This document shows positions 46,070 through 56,080 of a stretch of DNA of 64,000 nt, in pieces. Each line of letters begins with the position of its first letter. Positions within the stretch are counted from its first letter, which is position 1. The translations under genes were made by a program, and so were the position numbers. The notes beneath the pieces are model-generated. The model was not told the DNA's origin, did no database searches, and saw nothing but the letters and a program-made list of their open reading frames with translations. This DNA is from a virus. Its lineage: Duplodnaviria; Heunggongvirae; Uroviricota; Caudoviricetes. The DNA lies in the IMG/VR virus record IMGVR_UViG_3300025133_000019; one strand, 5' to 3'.

Positions 46070-46537
46070 ATGGCATCGACCAGTAAAGCTTTAATCTCAT
46101 CCAAGAACCCTCAAACATTAATAAGAGAGGTTCGAGAATCCTTAGAGAATAGACTCGTAGGATCTCCTAGCGTAGACCAAGTTAATATTCTTCTTCTTTT
46201 ATTAGATGAAGTTCAAGAGACTAAATATCTTTTTGACAAATTGAGAGAGGGAGACGAGGGTGGGACACGAAACCTTGTTGATTTAACTAAGGAACAAAGT
46301 AGGTGGCTCAAGTTAGTTGAGACTCTGCTAAAGGGTGTTCAGGATTTAGACAAGACAGAATGGAATAATGACGATCTCATAAAGGTTACTAATTTCGTTT
46401 TGTATATTTTTAAGGATATTTTAGCCAAAGACTTCGGGTTTGATGATACTCAAATGAATAGGTTTTTTGCAATTTTAAAGACTAGAAGAGAAGAGATAGA
46501 CGAATTCGTAGCCAATGTTTCGAGTAATAAGAGGTAA
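46070..46537 (+). CDS. putative terminase small subunit
   Basis: Small helical protein directly upstream of TerL; positional inference. Confidence 0.5.
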   Translation: MASTSKALISSKNPQTLIREVRESLENRLVGSPSVDQVNILLLLLDEVQETKYLFDKLREGDEGGTRNLVDLTKEQSRWLKLVETLLKGVQDLDKTEWNNDDLIKVTNFVLYIFKDILAKDFGFDDTQMNRFFAILKTRREEIDEFVANVSSNKR

Positions 46538-46542
46538 TTATA

Positions 46543-48465
46543 ATGTCAGGAGTTCCCTCTTTTTTGGACACTGTTTTAGATTCTCAAGACAACTTTGAGG
46601 ATTTAGTTGAGTACAAAGATGAAGAGCTTTTAGAGGGTCCTGAACTAAACATAATTGAATTCACAGAGTCTCCTAAAGGTCTGCACCTAGAATTAAGACC
46701 CACGCAAAGGGTTATACTTAAACTCCTCTATGGAGTCCCTCTATCTACTGTTATACCAGATGAGCCAGAAAACACTCCTCCTTTGTATTCCCGCAGGATC
46801 TTAGTTAGGCATCCTGTTAGTGGTCAGGTAAACGGGCCTTTCTCCGAAGTACAATACTTAGAGTTTCTGCGAGAAGAGGGAAGAACTAATGGTATAGAAG
46901 GAAAAGAATATACTTCCCTTATTTTGAATATAGGCAGAAGGGGAGGCAAAAGTACTTTGTCTACCGTAATAAGTTCCTATGAGATATACAGGCTACTAAG
47001 AAAAAGGTGTCCACAAAGGCATTATGGTATTAGAGATAACGCTGTGATAAGGGTTATTGTAGTAGGAACTGATAAATCACAATCAGAAGACTTGTTTTCA
47101 GATATATCTAGCTTTTCTTCCTCTTCACCATATCTCCGTAAATACTTGTCAGACGATATCAAAAGTGAGATAACTTTTTTCACTCCCTATGACTTTCAGA
47201 AAGCAAACAGATCTGGAACTAGGATAAAGCCTACTTTACTTATTAAGCCTGTCAGTTGTAATGCTCCTGCGGTACGAGGTCCTAATACTATTGATGGTAT
47301 TATGGACGAGTGTGCTCACATGATGGATAGCACAAGTAAGAAGGCTTCTGCAAACTCAGTTTATGAAGCCCTGGAGCCTTCTGTTAGCACTTTTTATGAC
47401 GGTAAAATGATTTTAATTAGCACCCCAAACGGCCCACAAGGATTTTTTTATGATATTTTTACCATGGCTGCTCAGGAGGGGGACGACAGCGATATATTGG
47501 TAATAAAAGCTCCTACATGGGAAATAAATCCAGGCCGAGTGACTGATGTTAAATACAGGAACAAATGGAAGTTAGATAAAAATTCTTTTAGACAAGAGTA
47601 TGGGGCAGATTTTACTAGTACGGTAAGGGATTATATTGAAGATCCGGACATGTTTTTCAAAAATATTTATCCTATTCCTGGGGTAACTGAAAATGAGGAG
47701 TGTAAGTTACCTGAACAAGAGCCTGCTGAGAAGGGTCAGCAAGGTATAGATTACTATTTTGCTGCTGACCTAGGGTTTAAACAGGATAGCACTTGTTTCG
47801 CTATTGGACATGCCGAGGGGGATGGCGAAGACAAGAAAATTGTAGTTGATTATGTGGCCGAATACCAGCCGGGGGAAGAATTTGAGTGGACGAATGATCA
47901 AGGAGTGATTTCGTTTGAGAAAATGTCTAAGGAAACAGTGGACCTAACAGAGAGCTTTAATATTGTTAAAGGTGCATTTGACCAACACCACGGACCTGCA
48001 TACAGTGAGCATTTATTGAACAATGGAATAACTAATTTTGTAGAATTGCCTCCAAGTGATAAACTGCATAATGATGTTTATCAGGTTTTCCGTAGGTTGT
48101 ATCAAGAAGAGAGACTAGTTCTTCCTGGTTATGACTGGATTATAGATGGGTTTTTAGATCTAATTATGGTTAAAAAAGGCGTGGGAGACAAAGAGAAAAT
48201 AAAAGTTGCTGCTACTAGAGGAAAACATGATGACGTGCCGGATGCTATATCCAGATTAGTGTACTTAATTTTCAAAGAAGTTTATTTGAAAGAGGGGGTC
48301 GGGGCTAAGGTGTCTAAACCCGTGAAAACTAGTGGGTACAGGGTTGTAACTGATTTAAGGCACAACAGAAATTTATTGAATAAGCATAATTCTAATGCAG
48401 TGGATTCTTACATGAGGAAACAGGGACATTCTAATTCACGGGGCCGAATGAAGAGAAGATTTTAG
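46543..48465 (+). CDS. terL: terminase large subunit
   Basis: LRPTQ, GRRGGKS Walker A, MDE Walker B, LISTPNG, RQEYGADF, ADLG, FDQ, GKHDDVPDA. Confidence 0.93.
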   Translation: MSGVPSFLDTVLDSQDNFEDLVEYKDEELLEGPELNIIEFTESPKGLHLELRPTQRVILKLLYGVPLSTVIPDEPENTPPLYSRRILVRHPVSGQVNGPFSEVQYLEFLREEGRTNGIEGKEYTSLILNIGRRGGKSTLSTVISSYEIYRLLRKRCPQRHYGIRDNAVIRVIVVGTDKSQSEDLFSDISSFSSSSPYLRKYLSDDIKSEITFFTPYDFQKANRSGTRIKPTLLIKPVSCNAPAVRGPNTIDGIMDECAHMMDSTSKKASANSVYEALEPSVSTFYDGKMILISTPNGPQGFFYDIFTMAAQEGDDSDILVIKAPTWEINPGRVTDVKYRNKWKLDKNSFRQEYGADFTSTVRDYIEDPDMFFKNIYPIPGVTENEECKLPEQEPAEKGQQGIDYYFAADLGFKQDSTCFAIGHAEGDGEDKKIVVDYVAEYQPGEEFEWTNDQGVISFEKMSKETVDLTESFNIVKGAFDQHHGPAYSEHLLNNGITNFVELPPSDKLHNDVYQVFRRLYQEERLVLPGYDWIIDGFLDLIMVKKGVGDKEKIKVAATRGKHDDVPDAISRLVYLIFKEVYLKEGVGAKVSKPVKTSGYRVVTDLRHNRNLLNKHNSNAVDSYMRKQGHSNSRGRMKRRF

Positions 48466-48467
48466 CA

Positions 48468-48905
48468 ATGGCTGGAAAATTTCCTGGGTTTGATTCCGAC
48501 ACAGCTTCTCATAATAACAGTTCTTTTAGTACTACTAATATACCAGATATTATAGAAGATAGTGACGAGATACAGGATATAAGAGCAGAAGCTAGTAAAA
48601 GTAAGCTAAAATCAGATTCTGGGTATAATAAAGCTATACAAGATAAGATAATGGAAATTAATAGAGCTATTTCTGAAGTTGAGTCCGATTATCAAGCTAG
48701 ATTACAAAATAGGATTAAAGTAGATTCGAAGAAAATCTGGGAAGAGCAGGACTATATAGAACAGGTTATAAGAGAGAAGGGTCAGTACCCAGAAGTTCAT
48801 ATTAATGCCAAGTATCACCACATGAATGACGTTCAAACAAAGATGTTTGTAAAAACTTTGAAAGATATAAGAACTTCTTTGGAATTATTATTTGGTTATC
48901 TGTAA
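48468..48905 (+). CDS. hypothetical protein
   Basis: 145-aa ORF between TerL and portal. Confidence 0.7.
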   Translation: MAGKFPGFDSDTASHNNSSFSTTNIPDIIEDSDEIQDIRAEASKSKLKSDSGYNKAIQDKIMEINRAISEVESDYQARLQNRIKVDSKKIWEEQDYIEQVIREKGQYPEVHINAKYHHMNDVQTKMFVKTLKDIRTSLELLFGYL

Positions 48906-48917
48906 AAGAAGATAGAA

Positions 48918-50702
48918 ATGAAAAATAAGCATATAGGGTCAACTAAATTTAACAGGTCTAGAGATTATTTAGTCAGGGGCTCTGATAGTAAAATGTTTGG
49001 AGGCTCTGGATTAACAGCTAATTTTGAGACCGACTATAATACTTCTGGTGCAGGGGATATAAGTAACTCTAGGTTTGACAATTTTTTTCACCCAAGTTAT
49101 TCCCCGGACCTTTTTTCTTTGCCCTATACTCTTTCAGACGAAAGAGATCTTTTCTTGTGGTTTTACGAGAGAGACCCTTATGTAGGTCATGCTATAGATT
49201 TATTGACTGAGCTTCCTATTTCAAGAGTTCACCATACATTACCTCTTACCGAGGATTCTGACAAAGCTTACGAGATACTTAGGTATACTAAATTACTGTC
49301 AGATAAGTTTGACCTTTTTCAGTTGTTAATGGAAATAACCCATGAATACTGGTTATACGGAAACGTATACATTTACGTGGAAAAAAACGCAGCAAAAGAT
49401 AGTATCGAAAGGATTTTAGTTTTAGATCCTAATCTCATCAGAACTGAGAAGTCTCACTTTTCAACTGATAATATGATATTTCTAGTTCCTGATGAGGAAC
49501 TCAGGCATATGATTAAGAGTAGTTTTATTGATAATGATACCAGAAAATTACTGCAAACGATTCCGGATGAGATTCAGAAAGCTATTTATGATAACAAAAT
49601 GATTGAGCTGAATACAGATCCTTATGATGGAACGTTCGTTCATCATTTATCTAGGAGTAGAAGTCAATATCATACTTTAGGAGTGCCTATACTTAGAAGA
49701 TGTCTTAATGATCTTATGTATAGAGAACGATTAAGACAAGCTCAGATCATGGTTGCTATGAGAAACCTGACTCCTAAGCACCTTATTACTACTGATGCTC
49801 CATTAGATCCTACCGAAGTAGATAACTTGAGAGATCAGGTAGATGCTTCTATGGAAACCCCTGATTATACTATTGTTACTACTTTTCCTGTTAATTGGAC
49901 TCAGGTAGGGGCAGACACTAGAATTTTACAGCTAACCTCTGAGTGGGACGAAGTTAATAGCAGGATAGCTGCTGGACTCGGTCTTAGAAAAGAGATGATC
50001 TTTGGTGACGGAGTTTTCGGAGACACTAAACTTCAGGTTGACATAATGGATAAAAGGTTTTCCCTTCTAAGAGATAAACTTCAAGAATTTATAGAGGGAA
50101 AGTTGTGGGCTCCGTTATGTTACCAGAAAGGATGGACTGAAGGGGACGATGAATCAAAAGTTATTCTAACTCCTGGGTTATCGTTTAGAAGATTAGGTCT
50201 TAGAGACAATGAAACTGCTTTCCAGAATTTGTTCCAGCTTTATAATAAAGGTTCATTGAGTGTCAGAACTATATTAGACCTATTCAACATTGATCCGGAT
50301 CAGGAATTAGAATATTTACAAAGTGATTTGTTTACCTTGAACGATTCCAGGTTTAATGATCTTTTGAATTCTATGTACACGGAAGTTGGTAATCGTCTAG
50401 GACAAGACCCGAGATTCCATAAGTTATTGGCAGAACGTGGCATGGGAATAAAGGAATTCCAGCAACTTCCTGTAGATAGTACTATGGCAAGAAAGATAAC
50501 TTCTGATTACAAGAATAAAGTTGTTAGTGAAACGGTAGATAATATAGAATCTAAAGACACCAAAAAGGTAGCAGAAGGTACTTATCATCTAGGAAAAGAA
50601 GATGCTATTAAAGCTGAAAGTATTCACGGGGTTATGTTAGAAGGTATGAGAAAGAGAGTTCTTAACAAGTACCAGAGTTCTAAAAAAGTGAGGACTAAAT
50701 AA
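48918..50702 (+). CDS. portal protein
   Basis: Position and size; FYERDPYV..AID, EYWLYGNVY, LDP, GVPILRRC pattern. Confidence 0.85.
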   Translation: MKNKHIGSTKFNRSRDYLVRGSDSKMFGGSGLTANFETDYNTSGAGDISNSRFDNFFHPSYSPDLFSLPYTLSDERDLFLWFYERDPYVGHAIDLLTELPISRVHHTLPLTEDSDKAYEILRYTKLLSDKFDLFQLLMEITHEYWLYGNVYIYVEKNAAKDSIERILVLDPNLIRTEKSHFSTDNMIFLVPDEELRHMIKSSFIDNDTRKLLQTIPDEIQKAIYDNKMIELNTDPYDGTFVHHLSRSRSQYHTLGVPILRRCLNDLMYRERLRQAQIMVAMRNLTPKHLITTDAPLDPTEVDNLRDQVDASMETPDYTIVTTFPVNWTQVGADTRILQLTSEWDEVNSRIAAGLGLRKEMIFGDGVFGDTKLQVDIMDKRFSLLRDKLQEFIEGKLWAPLCYQKGWTEGDDESKVILTPGLSFRRLGLRDNETAFQNLFQLYNKGSLSVRTILDLFNIDPDQELEYLQSDLFTLNDSRFNDLLNSMYTEVGNRLGQDPRFHKLLAERGMGIKEFQQLPVDSTMARKITSDYKNKVVSETVDNIESKDTKKVAEGTYHLGKEDAIKAESIHGVMLEGMRKRVLNKYQSSKKVRTK

Positions 50703-50745
50703 TATAGACAACCACTAATCCATTTTAATTCAATTTTATACTTTT

Positions 50746-50784
50746 TTAGTATTGTCTTTCTTTAAAGTCAATACTAATTTTTTT
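50746..50784 (+). terminator. terminator-like hairpin just upstream of the protease gene
   Basis: TTAGTATTG...CAATACTAA followed by T7. Confidence 0.45.
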
Positions 50785-50798
50785 ACCTGGATTTTTGT

Positions 50799-52469
50799 AT
50801 GGAAAGTAAACGACGACCAATTTTCATGACTGATTCTACAGTCATAGCTTTAAAGCAATATTTTTTAAAGAATTCCTCTATCTCATATGAAGAGTTGAAG
50901 TCTGGATTTTTGTTAACTCCAGAGCAAATTAACTCCTTGATACTTGATGATTATTTTAAACAGCAAGGTGCAGGTAGGAATAAAAGATATTCTCCAGGCT
51001 TGAAGTGGGAAACAACAGGTGTCTTTTATAGATATGGAAGCAGGGTTAAACCAGTTGATGTTTCCAAAGCATTCAAAGATATATCCACTCTAGCTGAGAA
51101 GCGTGTCTCCCATAGAACTAAAGAAGACTATCAAAGAGCTTACCTTTTTAGGATAGGAGATATAGTTTCTCTCTCTTGGGGAAACGCTCCTGCTGGTCTA
51201 GGTGTTGTCGTAGATGTTCAACCAGTTAATCGAAAGGTTTCGGTAAGGTGGCCTTATGGTACTTACCAAGAGCATGTAGACAACTTAACATTACTTCCTA
51301 GAGATAGCGGGGATAGACAACTTTCCCAGCCTACTATTGATAAAGATATATTAGGTAAAGTTCCAGAGTATTTTGACCCAGTTTCATATGTAGATGGTCA
51401 ATCTGACAATGATTCCTATTCTAATTTAGGGGAACCTTCTTTTACAGCTTCTTCAAGCAGAAGTTCAGTAATGTCTAAAGATTCTCTTAAGGTTATAGCG
51501 AAGGCTCTAGTTCCTAAGAATAGCACATTAACTGACTCATTAAATCAAGATTACATTCTTAGTCAAGCTGAGATAGTTGTATCTGTTAATACCGAGAAAG
51601 ATAATCCTTTGTATAAAGACACTCCTTGGTACATTACTCCTGAGACAGCCAGCAACGTTAATGACAATGGTGATGCCTGGACTTCAGAGGTATTGACAAA
51701 TGCTTATAAGTCCTTTAGAGGAGCTTATAATTTTTATGAGCATGAGCAAAAAGTATCTGCTAGCAAAGGAAGAGTAGTAGATGCTGTATTAAGAAAAGTT
51801 CCTTTGGGTAACGGGAAGCATCACTACGCAGTAGAGATTTTAGTAGCCACCAATAAAAAACATAAAAAATTAGCAAAAAGAATTGAAGACGGCTCAATAA
51901 AAACTCTTAGCATGGGATGTACTTGCACTTATACACAGTGCTCACAGTGCGGTCACGTTTCCTTTAACCCAGAAAATAAATGTGTTCACTTGAAGTATAA
52001 CAAAGGTGGGTCATTTATTGATCAGTACGGTGTAAGAAGAGTTGTTGCTGAGTTATGTGGTGGAGAAGCTCACCAGGATTCTGTTGAATTCGAAGAAGCT
52101 AGTTGGGTGGAGATTCCGGCATGGAGGCATGCCACTGTTCACAACATTATTAATGCATCTACTAATGTAGCTAATGTAGTCGGATATTTACAGACTAGAT
52201 TATACGGAAAGGATAGTTTTGAGATTATGTTAGAGGACGGAAAATTTCAGGATATAAAGCTTAAGTTTAAAAAGACGGCTGCTGATGATGATTTTTTCGA
52301 GGATTTTTCGGAGGAGGAGACTCCAGAAGAAGGAACTGAAGAAGAGGAAGTTAAAGAAGAGAGTCCTAAAGAACTTGAGTTTAGTGATCCAGATAATATG
52401 GATTTTAAGCCTAGTACGGAGAAAGAATTATTGGAAGAGAACCTTATTACGAGTAAAGTTCTAGTTTGA
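50799..52469 (+). CDS. prohead maturation protease (HK97/assemblin-like fold) with Zn-finger insertion
   Basis: NDNGDAW, FYEH...KG.VVD, LSMGC, CSQCGH...CVH, FEEASWV..PA; between portal and scaffold. Confidence 0.8.
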   Translation: MESKRRPIFMTDSTVIALKQYFLKNSSISYEELKSGFLLTPEQINSLILDDYFKQQGAGRNKRYSPGLKWETTGVFYRYGSRVKPVDVSKAFKDISTLAEKRVSHRTKEDYQRAYLFRIGDIVSLSWGNAPAGLGVVVDVQPVNRKVSVRWPYGTYQEHVDNLTLLPRDSGDRQLSQPTIDKDILGKVPEYFDPVSYVDGQSDNDSYSNLGEPSFTASSSRSSVMSKDSLKVIAKALVPKNSTLTDSLNQDYILSQAEIVVSVNTEKDNPLYKDTPWYITPETASNVNDNGDAWTSEVLTNAYKSFRGAYNFYEHEQKVSASKGRVVDAVLRKVPLGNGKHHYAVEILVATNKKHKKLAKRIEDGSIKTLSMGCTCTYTQCSQCGHVSFNPENKCVHLKYNKGGSFIDQYGVRRVVAELCGGEAHQDSVEFEEASWVEIPAWRHATVHNIINASTNVANVVGYLQTRLYGKDSFEIMLEDGKFQDIKLKFKKTAADDDFFEDFSEEETPEEGTEEEEVKEESPKELEFSDPDNMDFKPSTEKELLEENLITSKVLV

Positions 52470-52550
52470 TAAAAACAGCAGTAAACAGTAATACTTTATT
52501 TATATCATAATAATTATATAACTCATAATATCTTATTTGAGGAGAAAACA

Positions 52551-53624
52551 ATGAAACAAACTGTACAAGAAAGAGCTAAAGTCGCTTATGACATTGCTAG
52601 GGCACTCCTTCCTGAGCTATTCGTAGCTGATAAGGAAACCTTTAAGGCAACTGCCGGTAGGATTGCTAGACTAGAAAGCCCTCTGTTATTTAAATTGCAC
52701 GAAAGAAGCCTGCTATTAAACCACGTAGCTAAATTTGTAGACGCTTCCGCTGCTGATTACAGATGGCTAGTTGATAAGTACAATGCAGAGCACGATAGCC
52801 TTACGGAAAATTATTCAGGGCCAGAAGATGGTTCTAAAGAGGATTATGCTTATACTCCTCAAGAATGGAAAGATAAGTCAGAGGCTGACAAACTAGACAA
52901 GCATATGTCTGAAGGTCCTCTTGAGGAATCAAGAAAGGATTCAGAAGGTAGCTACGGTCCCCCTGAAGGTGGATTGGACTATCCGGATAAAAATATGCCT
53001 AAAGAATGGCCTAGCACTAAGGCTTCCGCAGAGATGGATAGTCTTAAGGCAGAGATTGCTGAACTTAAGGATCTTGTAAAAGCTTCTTATAAGTATGGTC
53101 TTTCTGATAAAGAAGATGGAGACGCAGAGAAAAAAGCGGAAGAAGAAGTTGAAGACGCAAGGGAAGCTCAAACAGATTCCGGAGCTTCTTGGACCAAGGC
53201 TTCCACAGAAGTTGTTGCTGAACCAGTAATCGCTGAAGAAGTAGAAGCTCCTATCGAGCCTATGGCTATGGAAGAAGAGATCGACGAAGAGCCTATCATA
53301 ATGGAAGAGGAAGAAGATATTGGTCTTGATGAAGAAGACGATATATTTGAGGCCGGTTTCAATATGGAAGAGGAAGAAGAGGAAGATCTAGAATTGAACT
53401 TGAACGACGATATGAGTGCTATGTATTCAGCAGCTCTAGTCGATCATGAACTCATGGATCTTTTCGGAGATGAGGGATTTAATTCCCAAGCTTCTCTCGA
53501 TGGGATTGAGGATTCAGTTAAGCTAGGTGGCGACCAAGTTCTGCCACAGGTTTTAACTAAATCAGCTAGTAAAAAAGAAAAAAATAAGGCGAACGAACTA
53601 GATAGTTTGTTTTCCCAGGATTAA
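52551..53624 (+). CDS. scaffold-like acidic protein
   Basis: Acidic, short coiled coil, between protease and capsid genes; GAGGAG SD. Confidence 0.6.
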   Translation: MKQTVQERAKVAYDIARALLPELFVADKETFKATAGRIARLESPLLFKLHERSLLLNHVAKFVDASAADYRWLVDKYNAEHDSLTENYSGPEDGSKEDYAYTPQEWKDKSEADKLDKHMSEGPLEESRKDSEGSYGPPEGGLDYPDKNMPKEWPSTKASAEMDSLKAEIAELKDLVKASYKYGLSDKEDGDAEKKAEEEVEDAREAQTDSGASWTKASTEVVAEPVIAEEVEAPIEPMAMEEEIDEEPIIMEEEEDIGLDEEDDIFEAGFNMEEEEEEDLELNLNDDMSAMYSAALVDHELMDLFGDEGFNSQASLDGIEDSVKLGGDQVLPQVLTKSASKKEKNKANELDSLFSQD

Positions 53625-53646
53625 TTAATATTTAAGGAGAAAGACA

Positions 53647-54153
53647 ATGGCACTTGAACAATTACATAAAGTAACTGCTCGTCCTGTATCTCTAGGTGAT
53701 GACGCTAAAACTCAGGAAAATTTCGATTTTTCTCAGAATGGGTCACCCTACCAAAATAAAACCATGGGTAAAGGTAATGACACAAACAAAGGAGTTCTAG
53801 GAGGATCTATAGGTGCTATGGATACTGACGGAACTCTAAAGAAGTGTACTGAGACCCTTAGAGCTATGGGATTATTTGGACATGACGCAGCAGGGGAAGA
53901 CTTTGAGAGCAACCGCCCAAAGGATTCTGGAGTTATTACTCTAGTATCTCTAGGATTTCATTTTGTTGATATCTATGAGACTAGAAATAAAGCTAATGGG
54001 GGAGATTTAACTTACGTTTCCGGAGAGACTTTGTACTCTTCTGGTAACGGTCTATTAACCAATGAAGATTGGGGATCTGCTCTAGTGGTTGGTGTAGTAG
54101 AAACAGCTCCTTCTGCCCTAGGCGAGAAGATGCTTATTAAGCTGTTGGTATAA
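53647..54153 (+). CDS. capsid decoration/cement-like protein
   Basis: 168-aa Gly-rich beta protein directly before MCP; GETLYSSGNGLLT...VVGVV. Confidence 0.55.
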   Translation: MALEQLHKVTARPVSLGDDAKTQENFDFSQNGSPYQNKTMGKGNDTNKGVLGGSIGAMDTDGTLKKCTETLRAMGLFGHDAAGEDFESNRPKDSGVITLVSLGFHFVDIYETRNKANGGDLTYVSGETLYSSGNGLLTNEDWGSALVVGVVETAPSALGEKMLIKLLV

Positions 54154-54163
54154 GGAGAAAATA

Positions 54164-55048
54164 ATGAGACGATTATTTGACAACGAAAATTTAAGCAGCC
54201 GAAAGAAGCATGAGCTAATTGCTAAGTATATCAGGACTCCTAAGGGACGAATGGTATTAGCAAAGTACCTTCAATCACCAGTAAAAAGACAACTTCTTTA
54301 TGAAGGGGTTTTACGAAAGGCTTTCTATGTAGAAGAACTTCTACCTGGAGCTAGCCCTTACTACGATAAGGACGTTAATGTTCCTGCGTATGTAGTTTCA
54401 GAAGAAGCGGATTCTGTAATGGCTATTCAGAGGAGCACCAGAATTGATGTTCCTATGTTTGAAATTGCAGCTAATCCAATGATTCCTTTCACTACTATTC
54501 AGGAAAAGCGATTTGACATCGTAGAGAGGACGTTAGAGCAAGGTAAGTCGGCTATCATGGAAGAAGAGGATACTCGTGGTTTTAATTTGATTGCAGCTAC
54601 TGCAACTCAGAATACTACTAACGCAGTTAACCCTACCATCGGTGTGGGTACTGGTGTAACACCAGCTCTTTTGGCAGATGCCTTCGGACAGGTAGAAAAG
54701 TGGCGATTAAGAGTTTCTAGAGTATTCTTGAACCCTCTTAACTATGCTGACATCAGGAAGTTTGATAGAGATATCCTTGATATCGAATCCCAAGCTTTCC
54801 TTTTGAAGACTGGTATTCAGAACTCTCTTTGGGGAGCACACTTGATTCAGTCTAGCGTAGTACCTGTTGACACTGTTTACGTGGTTGCAGAGCCTGAGTA
54901 TTTTGGTAGAATGCCAATTAGAACAGACTTGACTATCTTGTCTGCTGACGACAATCGCCAGCGTATGATCGGATTCTCTATGTTTGAGATTATTGGTATT
55001 GCAGTAACCAATCCACTTGGATTACAAGCTCTTAGCATTAACGAATAA
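54164..55048 (+). CDS. major capsid protein (HK97 fold)
   Basis: Position, strong SD, followed by terminator; VPMFEIAANP, RFDIVER, EED, LWGAHLI.S.VVP..TVYV pattern. Confidence 0.85.
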   Translation: MRRLFDNENLSSRKKHELIAKYIRTPKGRMVLAKYLQSPVKRQLLYEGVLRKAFYVEELLPGASPYYDKDVNVPAYVVSEEADSVMAIQRSTRIDVPMFEIAANPMIPFTTIQEKRFDIVERTLEQGKSAIMEEEDTRGFNLIAATATQNTTNAVNPTIGVGTGVTPALLADAFGQVEKWRLRVSRVFLNPLNYADIRKFDRDILDIESQAFLLKTGIQNSLWGAHLIQSSVVPVDTVYVVAEPEYFGRMPIRTDLTILSADDNRQRMIGFSMFEIIGIAVTNPLGLQALSINE

Positions 55049-55069
55049 ACACAAGAGACAACAAAAATT

Positions 55070-55095
55070 GGCCCCTCTAGTAGGGGCCTTTTTTA
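55070..55095 (+). terminator. intrinsic terminator after MCP
   Basis: GGCCCCT-ctagt-AGGGGCC followed by a T run. Confidence 0.9.
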
Positions 55096-55130
55096 TATTC
55101 AATTGTTTTTCGATTGTTAGTAACATAGAT

Positions 55131-55156
55131 AAAAAGCTGTTTTGACAGCTTTTTTG
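55131..55156 (+). terminator. second terminator-like hairpin
   Basis: AAAAAGCTGT-tttg-ACAGCTTTTTT. Confidence 0.65.
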
Positions 55157-55174
55157 TTATTCTAAGGAGAATAA

Positions 55175-56041
55175 ATGAAGAAGAGATATTTTATTTGTAA
55201 TTCCGCTATTCACTTAAGCGATGCTAAGCGCACCCTATACAAGGGCAGGTATTTACTTGTGAGCCGGGGTAAAGTTTTTATCCCTTCCAAGGGAAAGCTA
55301 AAAGAGATTAGCAGTCAAGGAGACTGGGTTATTAGTAAAGCTGAGAAGGGTTTTCTTATTGAAAAGTCTGAAAAGGAATTTAACGAGTTTCTAAAAAGTG
55401 ACGTTAAAAAAGAGGTAAAAGCTGTCAATTCGACTACCGATTATCAAGAAGTCGTAACTCATGTTAAAGTTGATGATAGAATAAAAAGAGTAGATGCTCA
55501 TAAAGCTTTCTCTCAACCTTTAGCTTCTCCTTCTGTATTACGACCTCCTAAGACCGCCAGCGAACCTAGAGTTGAGACTAAGATTCATACTAACGCTGTG
55601 ACCAAGGAGAAGCCAGCTTATTCTGTAGGGTCTGGGAGCAAGGTTTCTGGTGAATTGGCAGAAAAGTTCGTGGTTATAGACACATCTGAACTAAAAAAGG
55701 CTAATCCCTTTGACTCGGAGAGTGCGTATAAGAAGGAAGCTTCGAAAGACCTTATAGTAGCGGACAAAATTGATCCTCCGGTTAAAGAGGATAAAGAAGA
55801 GAAATCACACAGAGAAAAATGGGAGGAATACGTAAAGCTTTCTAAAAAAGCTCAGAGAATTTCTTTTATAGGAGAGTTAACGTATCCAAAACTGCTTATG
55901 TTTTTCATAGATAAAACAGCAGAAATAGTGAGTACCGGGGAGTTAGATGGCCGAAAATTAACAGCTAATCTGAAGAAAATGCACCAAAATTTAATGGAAA
56001 TAATGGAGTCTCAGTTAAAGTTAGCTAGGTTTTCAGCCTAA
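55175..56041 (+). CDS. hypothetical Lys-rich protein
   Basis: 288-aa ORF, AAGGAG SD. Confidence 0.7.
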   Translation: MKKRYFICNSAIHLSDAKRTLYKGRYLLVSRGKVFIPSKGKLKEISSQGDWVISKAEKGFLIEKSEKEFNEFLKSDVKKEVKAVNSTTDYQEVVTHVKVDDRIKRVDAHKAFSQPLASPSVLRPPKTASEPRVETKIHTNAVTKEKPAYSVGSGSKVSGELAEKFVVIDTSELKKANPFDSESAYKKEASKDLIVADKIDPPVKEDKEEKSHREKWEEYVKLSKKAQRISFIGELTYPKLLMFFIDKTAEIVSTGELDGRKLTANLKKMHQNLMEIMESQLKLARFSA

Positions 56042-56080
56042 TTTAGTTTTATTCATTTTTTCTTCAGTTGATAAGAGGCT

